A stretch of DNA of 14,317 nucleotides, from IMG/VR virus record IMGVR_UViG_3300011339_000564, positions 1 to 14,317 of that record, one strand, 5' to 3'. Below, piece by piece: positions 14,057-14,317 of the stretch. Source of the stretch: a virus (taxonomy: Duplodnaviria > Heunggongvirae > Uroviricota > Caudoviricetes). Position 1 is the first letter of the stretch, and every line of letters begins with the position of its first letter. The notes beneath the pieces were generated by a model, which was given only the letters and a program-made list of their open reading frames with translations, searched no databases and was not told the origin of the DNA. The position numbers were made by a program, and so were the translations under genes.

Positions 14057-14317
14057 ATGGCAACTATATTACCAAAAAAAACAGGATTTGAAAATCCAAT
14101 GGCATTGGATGATGAGCACCATGATGCATTGGCAGCTGATCCTGCAATAACACAATTCCCGCAAGGAAGTACATATGGAGGAAATTCAATTGAGTTCAAC
14201 ATATCATCAAGCGGGTCTTCAGCATTTGGCTCACCTTCGTCAGGAGGATTCGGCTCATCCAGTCCGGGTTTTGGTGCAGTACCCCCAATATCAGGAGGCT
14301 TTGGTTCAAGTACAGGC
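14057..14317 (+). CDS. Hypothetical protein with low-complexity S/G/F (FG-repeat) segment, 3'-truncated by the window edge
   Basis: Not in the ORF track. ATG at 14057, 2 nt after the previous stop, open for 87 codons to the window end: MATILPKKTGFENPMALDDEHHDALAADPAITQFPQGSTYGGNSIEFNISSSGSSAFGSPSSGGFGSSSPGFGAVPPISGGFGSSTG. Confidence 0.8.
   Translation, partial: MATILPKKTGFENPMALDDEHHDALAADPAITQFPQGSTYGGNSIEFNISSSGSSAFGSPSSGGFGSSSPGFGAVPPISGGFGSSTG

Noticed and set aside
1-14317. tRNA, rRNA, intron, intein, integrase or transposase
   Set aside because: None recognised. The intergenic gaps are short and are explained by promoters and terminators.

Overview
AT-rich, gene-dense segment of a large tailed-phage genome, most likely a T4-related jumbo myovirus (inferred from gp9/gp10-like fibre N-termini, a gp44-like clamp loader, a GroES-like co-chaperonin, phoH and TAAATA late-promoter boxes). 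The left part (1-8543) is a virion module: an acidic putative head protein cut by the window edge, a 1005-aa repeat-rich fibre, a GH19 lysin, an 836-aa Ig-repeat protein and a second fibre/baseplate protein. The middle part (8521-11915) holds a degenerate QueD-like protein, a stand-alone 168-aa fragment of DNA polymerase III alpha (DnaE) that stops just before the catalytic aspartates, a GroES homologue and a clamp-loader ATPase. phoH is the only convincing minus-strand gene and ends at a bidirectional terminator. The right end has two hypothetical genes and a truncated ORF with FG repeats. The most notable signal is the isolated DnaE fragment with its own sigma70-like promoter, which suggests a split or repurposed C-family polymerase. 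I saw no tRNA, rRNA, CRISPR array or mobile element. All family assignments come from motif recognition by eye, not database searches.
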